DNA of 64,000 bases from an uncultured delta proteobacterium (GTDB taxonomy: Bacteria > Myxococcota > Kuafuiibacteriia > Kuafuiibacteriales > Kuafuiibacteriaceae): positions 512,001 through 576,000 of the forward strand of contig CAWDML010000007.1 of assembly GCA_963803435.1 (NCBI GenBank). The letters run 5' to 3'. Below, piece by piece: positions 44,398 to 56,700 of the stretch. The notes under the pieces were generated by a model. The model was not told where the DNA came from, did no database searches, and worked only from the letters and a program-made list of their open reading frames with translations. Position numbers and translations under genes: made by a program. Numbering within the stretch: position 1 is the stretch's first letter; each line of letters starts with the position of its first letter.

Positions 44398-45846
44398 ATG
44401 ATGCGATCGACCCTGCTACCGCTCTTCATCTTCGGCGCGTCGTGCAGCGGCGCCGCCCCGCTCACGCCCGACGCCGGCACCCGCGCCGACGCCGGAGCCG
44501 ACGCGGGGGTCATCGACGGCGGGAGCCCGTACGCCCTCCCCGGCCTGGTCCTCAACGAGATCGCCGCCGACGGGGTGCCGAACGACTGGTTCGAGCTCTA
44601 CAACGCCGGCGACCGCGAGCTCGATCTCACCGGCGCCACCTTCACCGACGACCTCGCGGATCCGGGCAAGGGCCTCTTCGCCTCGGGCACCAAGATCGCC
44701 CCCGGCGAGTACTATGTCCGCTATCTCGACGACACCGATCCCGGGTTCAAGCTCAGCGGCGAAGAGGAGGTCGGCATCTTCGACGCCACCGGTGCGCTGG
44801 TCGACAGCGTGCAATGGGCGCTCGGCGACTCTCCGGCAGGCAAGTCGTTCGGGCGCCTCCCGGACATCACCGGCCCTTTCACCACGCTCGACATTCCCAC
44901 GCCCGGCGCCGCCAACCGTTCGGGCGCCGGCTGCGGCGACGGCCTGGTCGAGTCGCCGGAGGTCTGCGACGGCGCCGATCTCGGCGGTCGCACCTGCGAG
45001 AGCCTCGGCTTCACGGGCGGCGCGCTCGCGTGCGCCCCCGGCTGCGCCGACTTCGATCGCTCCAACTGCACCACGCCGGAGGTCGCGGTAGCCATCAACG
45101 AGGTCTCGTCCTCCGGCGACGATCCGATCGAGCTCTTCGGGATCGCACCCTCGGTCGATCTATCCGGCTGGTACCTCGTCGACGGCGGGTATGATCCGAA
45201 CATCCCGAACGGCGACCACCGCTACGACTTCGGCGCGACGCAGATCGCCGCAGGCGAACGCCTCGTCCTCCATAAGGGGATCGATCACGCCTTCGGCCTC
45301 GGCGACGCCGACTCGGTCTCCCTGTACGATGCCGGCGACCTGCTGCGCGATCGTGTGGAGTGGACCGCCGGCACCGCGACCGTCTCGTATTGCCGCATCC
45401 CTGACGGGACCGGTCCCTTCGTGGGCTGTGAGGCCACCTTTGGAGCGGCCAATTCGAGGGCGGCCCAGGTGGTGATCAACGAAGTGACTTCGGAGGGCGA
45501 CGATCGGATCGAGTTGAAGAACCTCGGCGCGGTCACGATCGATCTCGCGGGTTGGTCCGTCGCCGACGACGGATATGACCCGCTCGATCCCACCACCGCC
45601 GATCACCTCTTCACGGTCGCCGCCTCCACGGTGGCGGCGGACGCCTACCTGGTCCTGGTCAAGGGCGTCGACCACGCCTTCGGCCTCGGTGGCATGGACG
45701 GCGTACGCCTGTTCGACCCCTCCGGGACGCTGGTGGACTCGGTCGACTGGCCGGACGCCGCCGCCATTCCCTCGTACTGCCGGATCCCCGACGGCACCGG
45801 CGCCTTCACCACCTGCGCGGTCGCCACCTTCGGCGGAGCCAACTGA
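44398..45846 (+). CDS. Lamin tail domain (LTD) x3 lipoprotein
   Basis: Three LV/INE...D.IEL.N...DL.GW...RIPDGTG.F...T.G..N repeats; myxobacterial Cys-rich CGDG...EVCDG linker; lipobox GASC. Confidence 0.85.
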   Translation: MMRSTLLPLFIFGASCSGAAPLTPDAGTRADAGADAGVIDGGSPYALPGLVLNEIAADGVPNDWFELYNAGDRELDLTGATFTDDLADPGKGLFASGTKIAPGEYYVRYLDDTDPGFKLSGEEEVGIFDATGALVDSVQWALGDSPAGKSFGRLPDITGPFTTLDIPTPGAANRSGAGCGDGLVESPEVCDGADLGGRTCESLGFTGGALACAPGCADFDRSNCTTPEVAVAINEVSSSGDDPIELFGIAPSVDLSGWYLVDGGYDPNIPNGDHRYDFGATQIAAGERLVLHKGIDHAFGLGDADSVSLYDAGDLLRDRVEWTAGTATVSYCRIPDGTGPFVGCEATFGAANSRAAQVVINEVTSEGDDRIELKNLGAVTIDLAGWSVADDGYDPLDPTTADHLFTVAASTVAADAYLVLVKGVDHAFGLGGMDGVRLFDPSGTLVDSVDWPDAAAIPSYCRIPDGTGAFTTCAVATFGGAN

Positions 45847-46577
45847 TGGCGCCGCTGCTCGCGCTCCTCCTGATCGCGGCGCCCGAGGAGCTCCTCCACA
45901 TGCGGGACCTCGAGCGCGCGATCGTTCCCGGGACGCTCGTCGTCTTCGACGTCGACAACACGCTGATCGAACCCAAGCAGATGCTCGGCTCCGATCAGTG
46001 GTTCTACGCGCTCGTCGAGCAGATCGGGGCGGACGAGCATCTCGACGAGGACCGCGCCGTCGATCGCGCGATGAAGATCTGGAACGCGGTCCAGGCCGAC
46101 ATCGAGGTCCGCGCGGTCGAGGCCGATACGCCCGCGCTCATCCGCGCCCTGGCGCGCCGGCACGTCCCGATGCTCGCGCTCACCGCGCGCACCTTCGACG
46201 TTGCCGACGTCACCACCCGCCAGCTCCGATCGGTCGGCATCGACTTTGCGAAGACCGCGATCGCCCCCGACCTGGAGCTGAGCTCCGCCTCGAGCGCACG
46301 GCTGATCGACGGCATCGGGTACGTCGGTGAGAAGAGCTCCAAGGGTCAGGTGTTGGTCGAGATCCTCCGGCGGACGGGGCTTCGACCGCAGCGGGTCGTC
46401 TTCGTCGACGACAAGGCCAAGCACGCCACCAGCGTGTCCGAGGCCCTCTCGGTGGCGGCGATCCCGTTTCGCGCATTCCGCTACGGCGGAGCGGATCGGG
46501 AGGTGGAAGCGTTCCAGCGGGACGTCGCGGCGGTCGAGTATCGCGAGTGGACGGCCAGAGCCCACGCTCGGCCCTGA
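45846..46577 (+). CDS. DUF2608 / HAD-superfamily phosphatase-like exported protein
   Basis: VFDVDNTL (motif I), LTAR (II), KG (III) and VFVDD (IV); TGATG overlap with the LTD gene. Confidence 0.85.
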   Translation: MAPLLALLLIAAPEELLHMRDLERAIVPGTLVVFDVDNTLIEPKQMLGSDQWFYALVEQIGADEHLDEDRAVDRAMKIWNAVQADIEVRAVEADTPALIRALARRHVPMLALTARTFDVADVTTRQLRSVGIDFAKTAIAPDLELSSASSARLIDGIGYVGEKSSKGQVLVEILRRTGLRPQRVVFVDDKAKHATSVSEALSVAAIPFRAFRYGGADREVEAFQRDVAAVEYREWTARAHARP

Positions 46578-46670
46578 GGCCGAAAGACGCACACCGGGGC
46601 GGTGCGCACCACGAGGTGAACCCGGCGGGCACATCGATCGTTGGCGCGGCACGTGAAATGATCGAGGAAC

Positions 46671-47123
46671 GTGAAGCTCTTCGCCCCTCTGGTCCTCGTG
46701 TCGCTGCTCGGTTGTCAGGGCGGTGCCGGGTGGCTGGACGGCGTGGGGTTCGAGGTCGGCGACGCCGTGTTCGAGCGCGCGATGGTCTTCGACGGAACGC
46801 GCCACCTCACCAAGATCTTGGTGTCCGACGCCTCTGATCTGTGCGGGCGACTCTCCGACGGCGGGACGCTCGCAGGACACTCGGAGCTCGCGATCAGGCG
46901 CTGGGAGAGCGGGACCGTCCAGGTCGAGCTTCGCAGCTACGCGTCCGACTGCGCGGTGGTGGAGAAGGAGCTCGCGTCGCAAGGTTGGGTCGACGACAAC
47001 TCGAGCGATCCGTATCAAGCGGACTTCGACGTGGTGTTCCGGACCAAGGCGCGCAGCGTCTCGGGTCGTCTGTCGGCCGACTTCTGTCCGCTCCCGGACG
47101 ACGCTCGGATCGGCTGCGACTGA
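46671..47123 (+). CDS. Hypothetical lipoprotein
   Basis: GAGG RBS; lipobox LLGC. Confidence 0.7.
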   Translation: MKLFAPLVLVSLLGCQGGAGWLDGVGFEVGDAVFERAMVFDGTRHLTKILVSDASDLCGRLSDGGTLAGHSELAIRRWESGTVQVELRSYASDCAVVEKELASQGWVDDNSSDPYQADFDVVFRTKARSVSGRLSADFCPLPDDARIGCD

Positions 47124-47336
47124 GCGGATCCCGTCCTTTTTGCGCAACTTCGTATTCTCGCGCGCGCGAAGAGTGCGAAGCCTGGGTCAATCTCGCACGG
47201 TATGCGATCGAAGAAGGTCTTCTCCGGGCCCTGGGTCGTCGACTTGGCGAAGAAAGTGTGAATACCGTGCGCGCGAGCTTCGTCTACGGCCCCACATGTG
47301 TAGGGGCAGGAAGCTCCTTGGAACCGGAGGATAAAG

Positions 47337-47696
47337 ATGAGGAAGTTCGTATGTGCGCTGTCGTTCGTCGCCCTGGCGATGATCGGTTGCAAGAAGGAAA
47401 GCGGCGAAGCGATGCCCGCGACCGGTCAGGCCAAGAAGGAGATGGCGGCCGAGCCCATGGAGAAGGGCGGCAGTGGCGGTGAGATTGGCGTCGCCGAGTG
47501 TGACGACTACGTCGCCAAGATGCGAGCCTGCCTCGACAAGATGCCGGCCGAGGCCAAGCAGGCCAGCCAGAGCGGGTTCGAGCAGAGCATCAACGCCTGG
47601 AAGCAGGCCGCCTCGACCGAGGCCGGGAAGCAGGGCTTGGCGACGGCGTGCAAGTCGGCGCTCGACGCCATCGCGCAGAACCCAATGTGTAAATAG
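47337..47696 (+). CDS. Small Cys-containing lipoprotein (DUF5339-like)
   Basis: GGAGG RBS; lipobox MIGC; IGVAECDDY...C...C...C pattern. Confidence 0.8.
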   Translation: MRKFVCALSFVALAMIGCKKESGEAMPATGQAKKEMAAEPMEKGGSGGEIGVAECDDYVAKMRACLDKMPAEAKQASQSGFEQSINAWKQAASTEAGKQGLATACKSALDAIAQNPMCK

Positions 47697-47702
47697 CCCC
47701 GA

Positions 47703-50700
47703 TCAATCACTCCAGCGGGCCGCGTGCTCGAACATCGGCGTGTTCGCCTCGACGATGTTGAACGGGGGCATCGCGGCCCCGCTGATCGGATCGATATCGC
47801 TGATGTACATGTCCCACCCGCCGGCGCCGCCCGGGCGGTTGCTGCTGAAGCTCAAGAACTCGCCGTCGAGGCTCCAGGTCGGGAAGCTCGACCCGCAGGT
47901 CCCCGGCGCACAGTTGAGCGCGGGCAGATCGAGCACCATCCCCGACTGATCGGCGGCTACCAGCTTCACGGTGGCGTCGGGCGCCGAGATCGTGCCCTGC
48001 GCCGACAGGCTCTGCGTGAACGCGATCCACTGCCCGTTCGGATGGAACGCCGGATAGTAGTTCGCACCACCGCCGCCGCTGGCCCCGCTCACCGGCACCG
48101 GCACCCCGCCGTTCTCGTCGACCAGCATGATGTCCGCCGAGCCGAAGAATCCCCAGCCGCCGCCGGGCTGCCCGCGCGCGAACGCGATCATGTGGTTCGG
48201 GCCCCAGCTCGGCATCTTGCTCCCGTACACCGGATCGTTGGCGCCCTGGAGCTCGCCGATGTAGCCGCCGACCACGGAGGCGATGTGCACTCGATCGCCG
48301 TCGTCGTACGCGAACTGATACGGCGGATTCGTGTTCGGATCCGGGTTCCAGGTCACGTAGGCCGCGTTGGGCGCCTGGAACGGCAAGGCGACCTGCACGT
48401 TGGTCTGCGTGTCGATGATCTGCATCGTGAACGTGTCCGCCTCGATCAGCGAGACGTAGCGACCGTCCGGCGACACGCCGTGGCACCCGGAGCAGGGCTT
48501 GTTCAAGCGCGGACCCCAGAACGTCTCAGGGATGGGGGCGCCCTGAAGCGGGATACGCATGATGTTGCTCTGGTCGGGCCCGAACGTGTCGATCTGCCAG
48601 TAGTAGATGAACCGTCCTGCGCTCGGCGGCACGATCACCGGGCCCGCCACCACATTCACGCGGATCAAGGGCTCCACCGGATCGTTGGAGCCGACGGTGA
48701 TGACCGCCGAGTCGCCCACGTCGTCGGCGCTGGTGTAGTGCACCGTGATCACGCGGTCCTCGTTCGGCTGCAGCACGGCCGGAAGCGCCGGCGGTGCGTC
48801 GAACGTGAACTCGTCGTCGGGCCGCGAGAACGTGAGGTCGGTGATCGTCACCGGCTGAGCGCCGCAGGCCCAGATGCGGAACGTCTCGATCCCATTCATT
48901 GTCATGCCGAAGTCGACGTCTCTCGGCAGCACACAGATCCCAGGCGCCGCGGTCGCTCCGAAGAGTCCGACCTCGAAGACCGGTGAGTCGACGTCGTCGG
49001 TCGTGATGCGCAACGTCCCCATGTCGGTCCCGGTCGGCCGGGCGCGGAACGTCACCAGCACCGTCACGTCCATACCGGGCGCGAGCAGGCCGGGCTGCGT
49101 GGCCACGTTCGTGAACGCCGCGCTCGACGCTGCGTCCAGCTCCGCGCCCACCAGCGTGCAGTTGGAGATGCCGATGTTCTTCACCAGGACCGAGCGGGTC
49201 ACGCTCATCCCCGGATTGACGGTGCCCCAGTTGATGTAGTCGGGCGTCACGTCCAGCTGGCAACCCGGTTGAAGCGGCGGGTTGCCGAGCAGATCGATCC
49301 GGTGCACGCGGGTGCCCGCCTCGATCTCGAGCACGCCGACGTCGGCGGCGCCCGGGAGCGTCGGCGCGTATCGCACCACCAGGACATCTGAGAGGCCCGG
49401 CGCCAGCTCGCGCGGGACGTTGAAGGGATCGCGCAGCGTGAACACCGAAGCGCCGCTGGTGATCGCGACCCTGGTGATCGCACAGGGATCGCTGCCTGCG
49501 TTCGCGAGCAGCACGTTCCTGCGCTCGGAGCTCCCGACCAGGACGCTCGGGAAGACCAGCCGGCCGGGCACCACGTCGAGCCCGCACGTGTCGGCGACCT
49601 CGGCGGTCACGTGGAAGAACACGTTCGGCGTCTCGGGTGAGGTCGAGACCACGTGGACCCAGCCCTCGCGCGTGCCGACCGTGCTGGCGACCAGCCGCAC
49701 CTCGACATCGACGGTATCCCCCGGCGCCAGCGTGGAGGGGAGCGAGGGCGACACGGTCCCGACCGAGTAAGAGGGATGGCTCGCCGGGTTCGTCGACATC
49801 GACACGCCGGTCACGTCGACCGGATCACTGCCGCAGTTGGTCACCACGATGGTGCCGGAGGCGTTGGAGCCCACCGCGACCCGACCGAGGTCGAGCGGCT
49901 CGGCACACAGCGTCGGCGCGGCACCCTGGCCGCACACCGGGATCCGCACGGTGCGCGATCCGGGCGCGTCTGTCTCGATGATGAACGCGGCGGTGTCCGT
50001 GCCGGTGTCCGACGGCTGATACGTCGCGGACAGCGACAGCGACTCACCGGGAGCGATCACCGTCGCTTCCTCCACCGGCTCGATCCCGAACTCGTTGCTC
50101 GTATTCTCCGCGACTCGACTCGCGTTGACAGTGACAGCCTGACTCCCGACGGCGCGGAGCACCAAGGGGACCGTGGCGATCGACCCAGGCGCGACGCTGC
50201 CGAAGGACAGTGAGCCGTTCACTCCGTCGCACGCGGGCGCCGCGAACTGCACCTCGATCCCGGGGACCACGCCCTTTCCCACCAGCTGGATCACGTGAGT
50301 GTGTTCATCGTCGTCGGCGACGATCGTGAGGGTCCCGCTGCTGTCGCCGAGCTGGATCGGCGTGAAGGCGAGCGTGACCTCGACGCTCTGCTTGGCGGAG
50401 ATCGAGTCCGGGATCACCGAGACGATCCGGAAGTCTTCGAGGTCCGACCGCAGATCGCGCGACGCGATCCGCAGGGTCCCTTCGCCATCGTTCTCGAGCA
50501 CCAGGGACGCCTGTTTCTCGATCCCGAGACCCACGTCGTGGAAATCGACGCGCTCGGGGGCGACCAGCATCGGCTTGAGCTCGGTGAGGCCACCGCCGTC
50601 GCCGCAGTCGCACGCTCCCGTGAGGACCAGCAGCAGCGACAACCGCAGGCCCTTCCGCCCGCGCCGGAGGAGGAGTCCGAGCCCCGCCAGAACGAGCCAC

Positions 50701-53700
50701 CAGATCCCGCCGCCGGCCTCCGGCCCCGCCGCGCTGCAGCCGCACCCGCCCTCGTCGGGCTTGGTCTGGACCACGGGCTCGATCACAGACAGCGCGTAGG
50801 CCGCCTGCTTCGAGCGGCCCTCGGCGTCGACCGCACGCACCAGCATTCCCACCGCACCGCCCTCGGGCAGCTCCTCGGGTGTCCCGAAGATCCGCAGCTT
50901 CATCGCACCGTCGATCTCGACCGTCTCATCCGAAAGGCCGCGGGGTAGGTCGTCCGCGAGCTCGAGCGTCCACTCGATCGCGCCCGCGCCGCCCTGAGCC
51001 GTGAGCACGACCTCGTACGCCTGATTGAGCGTCGCCACCGGCAGCGATCCGGGCATGATGTCGAGCCCGGTCGGCGCCGTCACCGAGAGATAGAAGGTGG
51101 CGCTGTCCTTGGCGCCCGAGGATCCCTCGCGGACCTCGACGTTGAACACGAACGCGCCGCCCTCGTTCGGAGTCCCGGAGAGCTCGCCCTGCCCGCTCAG
51201 CATCAGGCCGCTCGGGATCCGGCCGGCGGCGAGGCTGAAGATCGGCGGGTCGGCCGGATTATCGCCGATGACCACCAGCTGGTGGGCATACACCACGCCG
51301 TTGACCGCGTCGGGAAGCTGCTCGCCGATGAGCGTCAAGCGGCCCGGCTCCACCACGGTTAGCGGGATCTCGCGCTGGACGCGCACCGCGCCGTCGAACG
51401 CCTCCACGTCGACGTAGAAGTCGCCGGCGGTCTGAGGCACACCGTGGAGGAAGCCGTCGCCGTCGAGCATCAGCCCGGGCGGGAGGCTCGAGGTGTTGGT
51501 GAAGGTCGCGGGTCCGGCACCGCCCACGGCGACGATGCGTTGCTCCTCCTCCGAGCGCGGCGGATAGACGAGGCCGACGATCCCGGGGAGCAGCCTGCGC
51601 GTGACGATCGTGAGCGGGCCATCGATCGGCGCGACCATCAGGTCGAAGGTGGCGTCTTGGGTGGCGGTCCCGCTGGTGGCGCGGAACGTGACGCTGTAGC
51701 TGCCGGCGGCCTGCGGAGTGCCGATGAGATCGCCGGTCTCCGGGGCGAGCGCGATGCCCTCCGGGAGCGCGCCGCCCGCGACCGACCAGGTGTACTCGCC
51801 GGTGGCGCCCGAGGCGGCCAGCGTCGTCCGGTACTCGAGACCGAGACGCGCGATCGGGAGAGAGGTCGTGAGGATCTGGAGCGCGCCCTGCCCGATCTGC
51901 ACTTGCATCGACGACACTCCGAAGTTGTTGACCTCGTTCAACTCGCGGACCGTGTTCGCGGGGTCGACGACGACGCCCACGTAGTAGAGGCCGGGCGTCA
52001 GGTCCGCGGGAATGTCGAGCGTGGCGTTCAGCGGCTTGGTCATCCCCACGGGGAGCGGCTCGTCCACGGCCGACTCGGAGCCGATCACATCGTCCACCGA
52101 GGGCGACGAGTTTCCCGACAGCACCACGCGCCAGGCGGTCGCGCCGTCGAAGTTGCCGGCGTTTCTCAGCTCGAGGTCGACGTCGAGCACTCCGCCGGGC
52201 TCGGCCGTCGCCTGTGACGGGATCACGCTCCCCACGGTGAAGTCGGGCCTCCGTTCACCGACGAGGATCTCTCGGCGCGACATCACGACGTTGTTGCTCT
52301 CGTTGGGCTCGGCGAGCGCGTTCGCAGAGTCGACGACGAGCGCCAGGCGATATCGTCCCGGCGGCGTCGTCAGCGGGATGGTCACCGACTCGACGGTCTC
52401 GCGATCCTCGTACGGTCCCAACGTGATCGCGGTGGACGTGAGCACGGCCGGCATCAGCAGCTCGCCGGAGCTCGGATCGACCAGGTGCACCGCATACTGG
52501 AACGGCCCCAGTGGCTCGAGGTGATACGAGCTCACACGCAGGCGTACGTCGAACGGGAGGGCCTGGTACACGCGGATCGGATCCACCGTGTCGACCGGGG
52601 CGATGTCGGTGGCGAAGACGTCCTCGCCTGCATCCTGGAGCGCGCGGAACACCACACCGGAGAGGTTCTGGAGATCGTTGGCGGAGCAGGTCGGAGAGCA
52701 GCTGCGGAGGTTGTAGGCGACGGTACCCGACTGGTTCTCGAAGCCGGCGGTGGCGTCGAAGAACGCCGCTCCGGTCAGGCCGGTCATCGGGCCGTAGTGG
52801 ACCTCGAACCGGCCGGCCAACCCCTCGTAGAGCCAGAGCTGCATCGACATCAGCTCGCCGGTGCCACCCGGGAAGTGATAGCTCCCCTCCCATTGAATGA
52901 CAGCGATTCGATTGGGCTGCGTGCCCTCGATCGTCAGGCTCATCTGCGGCGAGATCAGATCGTCCCAGAAGAGCGCGATCAGAGTGTTGGGTGAGAACTG
53001 ATCGGGGAGCGCCTGGTTGCCCAGGCTGCTGCCGTCGAAGTCGAAGGTGACATAGCCGTTCGTGCCCACCTCGACCGAGTTGTACGTCTGATCGAAGAAG
53101 CGGAAGGGGAACGGCAGCGCTGCAGTGGCCTGGCCGTCGTCCGCGTTGAAGGGCTGGAGCACCGTACCGCCGCTGCGCACCGAGTAGGCCTCGGTGTATT
53201 CGGTGATGAAGTAGGGCGTGTTGGATCCCGGTCCGCCGCCGCCGTCGGGCAGACCACCGTCGAAGCCGGCGTCCGGTCCCACGCCCCCGTCGAGCGGAGG
53301 CGGAGGCGGAGGCGGGCCGGCGTCGGTCGCCTGGGCGTGCGCGATCGACGGGACCATCGCGAGCAGCAGGACCGCCGGCAGGAAGCTTCGCCGCCGGAAC
53401 GCGAACGGGAGCAAGAGCAGGATCCAGAGGAGCGAGTAGGCGGCGCCGGTCCCGGCCGCGGTGCACCCACAGCCTCCGTCGTCGGTGGTCACCTTCGCCG
53501 GCTCGTCGATCACGACCCCGAAGGCGCGCAGGTCGATCCCGCCGGAGGGCTCGCTCGCCATGACCACAAACGGGAAGACACCCGCGGAGTCGGGCGTACC
53601 GGACAGCGTGCCGTCCGGGGCGAGGGAGAGGCCGGGCGGGAGCTCGCCGTCGAGCAGAGCGTAGCTCACGCTGCTGGTACTCCCCGGCGCGATGGCGCGG

Positions 53701-56700
53701 ATGCGGACCGGGTCTCCGTCGCTGTCGAGATAGACGTCCCCGACGGTGCCCGCCGGCAACGAGCGCGTCACGAACTGGATCTTGGCGTCCGCCTCGATCC
53801 GAACCACGTAGAGGTTGCGATCGGCGTCCTTTGCGTCGTCGGTCACCGACAGCTCGAAGATGTACGTCCCGACGACGGACGGTAGGCCGGCCAGCCGGCC
53901 GTTCGCGATGGAGAGCCCGTCGGGGAGCGCGCCGGAGGCGAGCGCGAAGGTGTACGGTTGGATCCCACCGACGGCCGACAGCGGCGCGTCGTACGGCTCG
54001 CCCACCAGCCCGTCGGGGAGCGCGGACTGGCCGAAGCGCACCGAGCGATCGCGAGACAGAACGCGGAACGCGATCAGCGTCTCGGCCTCCGCGCCGGTCG
54101 CGTCGGTGACGCTGAACGTGTACACGAGGGCCGGCGCGACGGTGGCCGTGGTGCCGCTGATGTGCCCTTCCCCGGTGAGCGCCAGGCCGGCCGGCAGCGC
54201 GGGATCGACGTGATAGTTGTACGGCTCGACCCCGCCGATCGCGACCAGCGGGAAGTCGTACGCCGTCCCGGCGAAGGCCGGCGGGACCGCGCGCGTGACG
54301 ATCCGGAGCTCGACCGTGGGGGCGATGACGCGGATCGCGATCGCGCGCTCGTGGAAGAGTGCGCCGTCGGAGACGCGAATCCCGAAGGTCGAGACACCTT
54401 CGGTGGTGGGGACTCCCGTGATGCGGCCCGACGAAGGGTCGAGCGCCAGCCCGGCCGGGAGCGACCCCTGGGTGATGCTCCAGGTGAGGGGTCCGGTACC
54501 ACCGCGGGCCACCAGATCGAACTCGTAGTCGACGCCGATCACCGCGAGCGACGGTGCACCGCTGATGATGGCGAGCTGCGCCGGCTCGAGGGTCACAGGG
54601 CTGCTGGACCTGGCTTCGTTGTTTCCCTCGTCGAGCTCCTCGACCAGATCCTCCGGATCCATCGAGTACTCGACCCGGTAGTCTCCGGGGGCGACATCGG
54701 CGGGGACCGTCACCAGATCGGCACCCTCGTCGAGCGCGCCCGCCTCGAGCGACACGCTCGAATGTCCCAGCACCGCCACGCGTACCGAGGTGCCCTCGAG
54801 GACCAGGAATATCAGGAAGTCGGCGGTGCCGGCGTCGTTGCCGCGGTTCTCCAGCACGCGCTGGACGTAAAACGACTCTCCCGAGCCGGCGGAGACCGGA
54901 GCGATGATCTCACTGGCCATGAAGTCGGGGGCGATGTCGCGCACCGTGATGCGCGAGCTGGTGCGGCGGATGTTGTTGATCTCGCGCTCCTCGGTGATCG
55001 ACTCCCGCGAGTCGGCGACGAAGCCGATGAAGTAGCCGGCGGTGGCGACGTCGGTCGGGAAGGTGATCGTCTCGTCGACGACCAGCGCGGCACCCGGCTC
55101 CAGATCGAACGGTCCCACTTCGGTGAGGAGCCGATCGCTGATCGTGATCAGCTCGTTGTCGGAGAGATAGAAGCCCGCGTAGAAGCCGTGCAGCGGAGAT
55201 CCTCCCTGGTTCTCGATCGTACCGCGCAGGCGGTACGGCTGCCCCCGGAACGCGGGGTCGGGCACGTCGATGTCGATCGCCGCCAGGTCGGGTCCGATCA
55301 GTCGGATCGTATTGACGGTGACGAAGAGGTTGTTGGTCTCGCTGACCTCCAGGATGGCATTCGACGGATCCACGCGGGCGATCAGGAAGTAGTCACCGGT
55401 TCCGAGCGTGAGCGGCACCTGGGCCGGCACGGTCTCGGCGGAGGGCGCCGCGACGGTGCCGGTGAACACCAGCCAATCGCTCGCGTCGAGCGTGCGGTCG
55501 GTGGACAGATACACCTCGAGGCCCGTCGACGGCACGGGAGAGCCCTCGCTCTGGACCAGCACGGTGACGGGGAGCGTCGCGCCGGCGCCCGAAGTTTCGG
55601 GCGAGAGGATCGTGAAGATGGCGAGATCGGGCCCCACCAGCACCGGGCCGGAGGGGACCTCGTTGTCGAACTCGTCGATCTCGGCGACAGCGTTGTTCGG
55701 ATCGACGACCGCGATCAGCCGGTACGTCCCCGGGGCCAAGGCCGGGATCGGAACGTTGCGGACGATCCGGGTCGAGCTGCTGGCCGGGGCCGGGCTCGCG
55801 CCCGAGGCGAGCAGATAATCGCCCGGGTCTCGGATCGTGTCGGTCGACAGGTAGACCTGCCACTCGACGGACGCGATCGCTGAGCTCTCGTTGACCAGGT
55901 CGAACATCACGTCGGCGTTCTGCCCCGGAGGCAGGCCGGGGTGGTTCGGGAACGAGGCGGACAGGTCGCGCCCCACGAGGAACGTCCCCGGCGCGAGCAC
56001 CACGTTGTTGGTCTCCACGGGCTCGTTGATCACGTTGTTGGAGTCGATCACGGCGCCGACCGTGTAGTAGGCCTGGGTGATGTTCGGGATCGTGGTGGTC
56101 AGCGTGGCGGTCGCGGTCGCGCCGGCGGCGAGAGGTCCGAAGCTGACCGTGCCGAGCAGCGTGTCGGCGCCGGGCACGATGTTCCGATCGGTGGAGAGAT
56201 AGACGTCCGCCGCGAAGCCGGTGCCCGTGGGCTGAAGCCCGACGTTGTGGGCGGTGACCGGGAAGCTCGCGGTCGCGCCGGGAGCCGCCCCGTGGGGCGC
56301 GCCGACGCTGCCGGTGAGCTCGGGGGCGTTTGGAACCGAGATCTGGAGCACCTGATTGTTGAGGCCGTTCAGATCGACCCAGCTACAGGTCGCGCTGGCG
56401 CCGCACGCCAGGGGGAAGACGGCGTTGGTACCGGTGCCATCCTCGATCCCGATGATGCCCGACCACGCGATGTTGCTCTGTCCCGAGGTGAAGCCGCCGT
56501 AGTGCAGGCGGATCGTATCGGTCCCCTCCTCGAGGCGGATCTGGAAGCTGATCCGGCTGTCCGGCGGGAAGAAGTCAGGGAAGTGGCGAATGTTCCTCCA
56601 CTCCACCACCAGCTCCCGGTTGGGCGCGTTCCCCCGCAGCCCATAGCGGATCTCGCTGGCGGGCGCGGTCTGCTCGATCCAGAGATCGTCCCAGAAGGCG

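Noticed and set aside
53331-53360. In-frame ATG (MVPSIAHAQ) as an independent start for module 2 of the giant ORF
   Set aside because: It would leave no hydrophobic core or basic n-region, has no evident RBS, and no stop codon precedes it.
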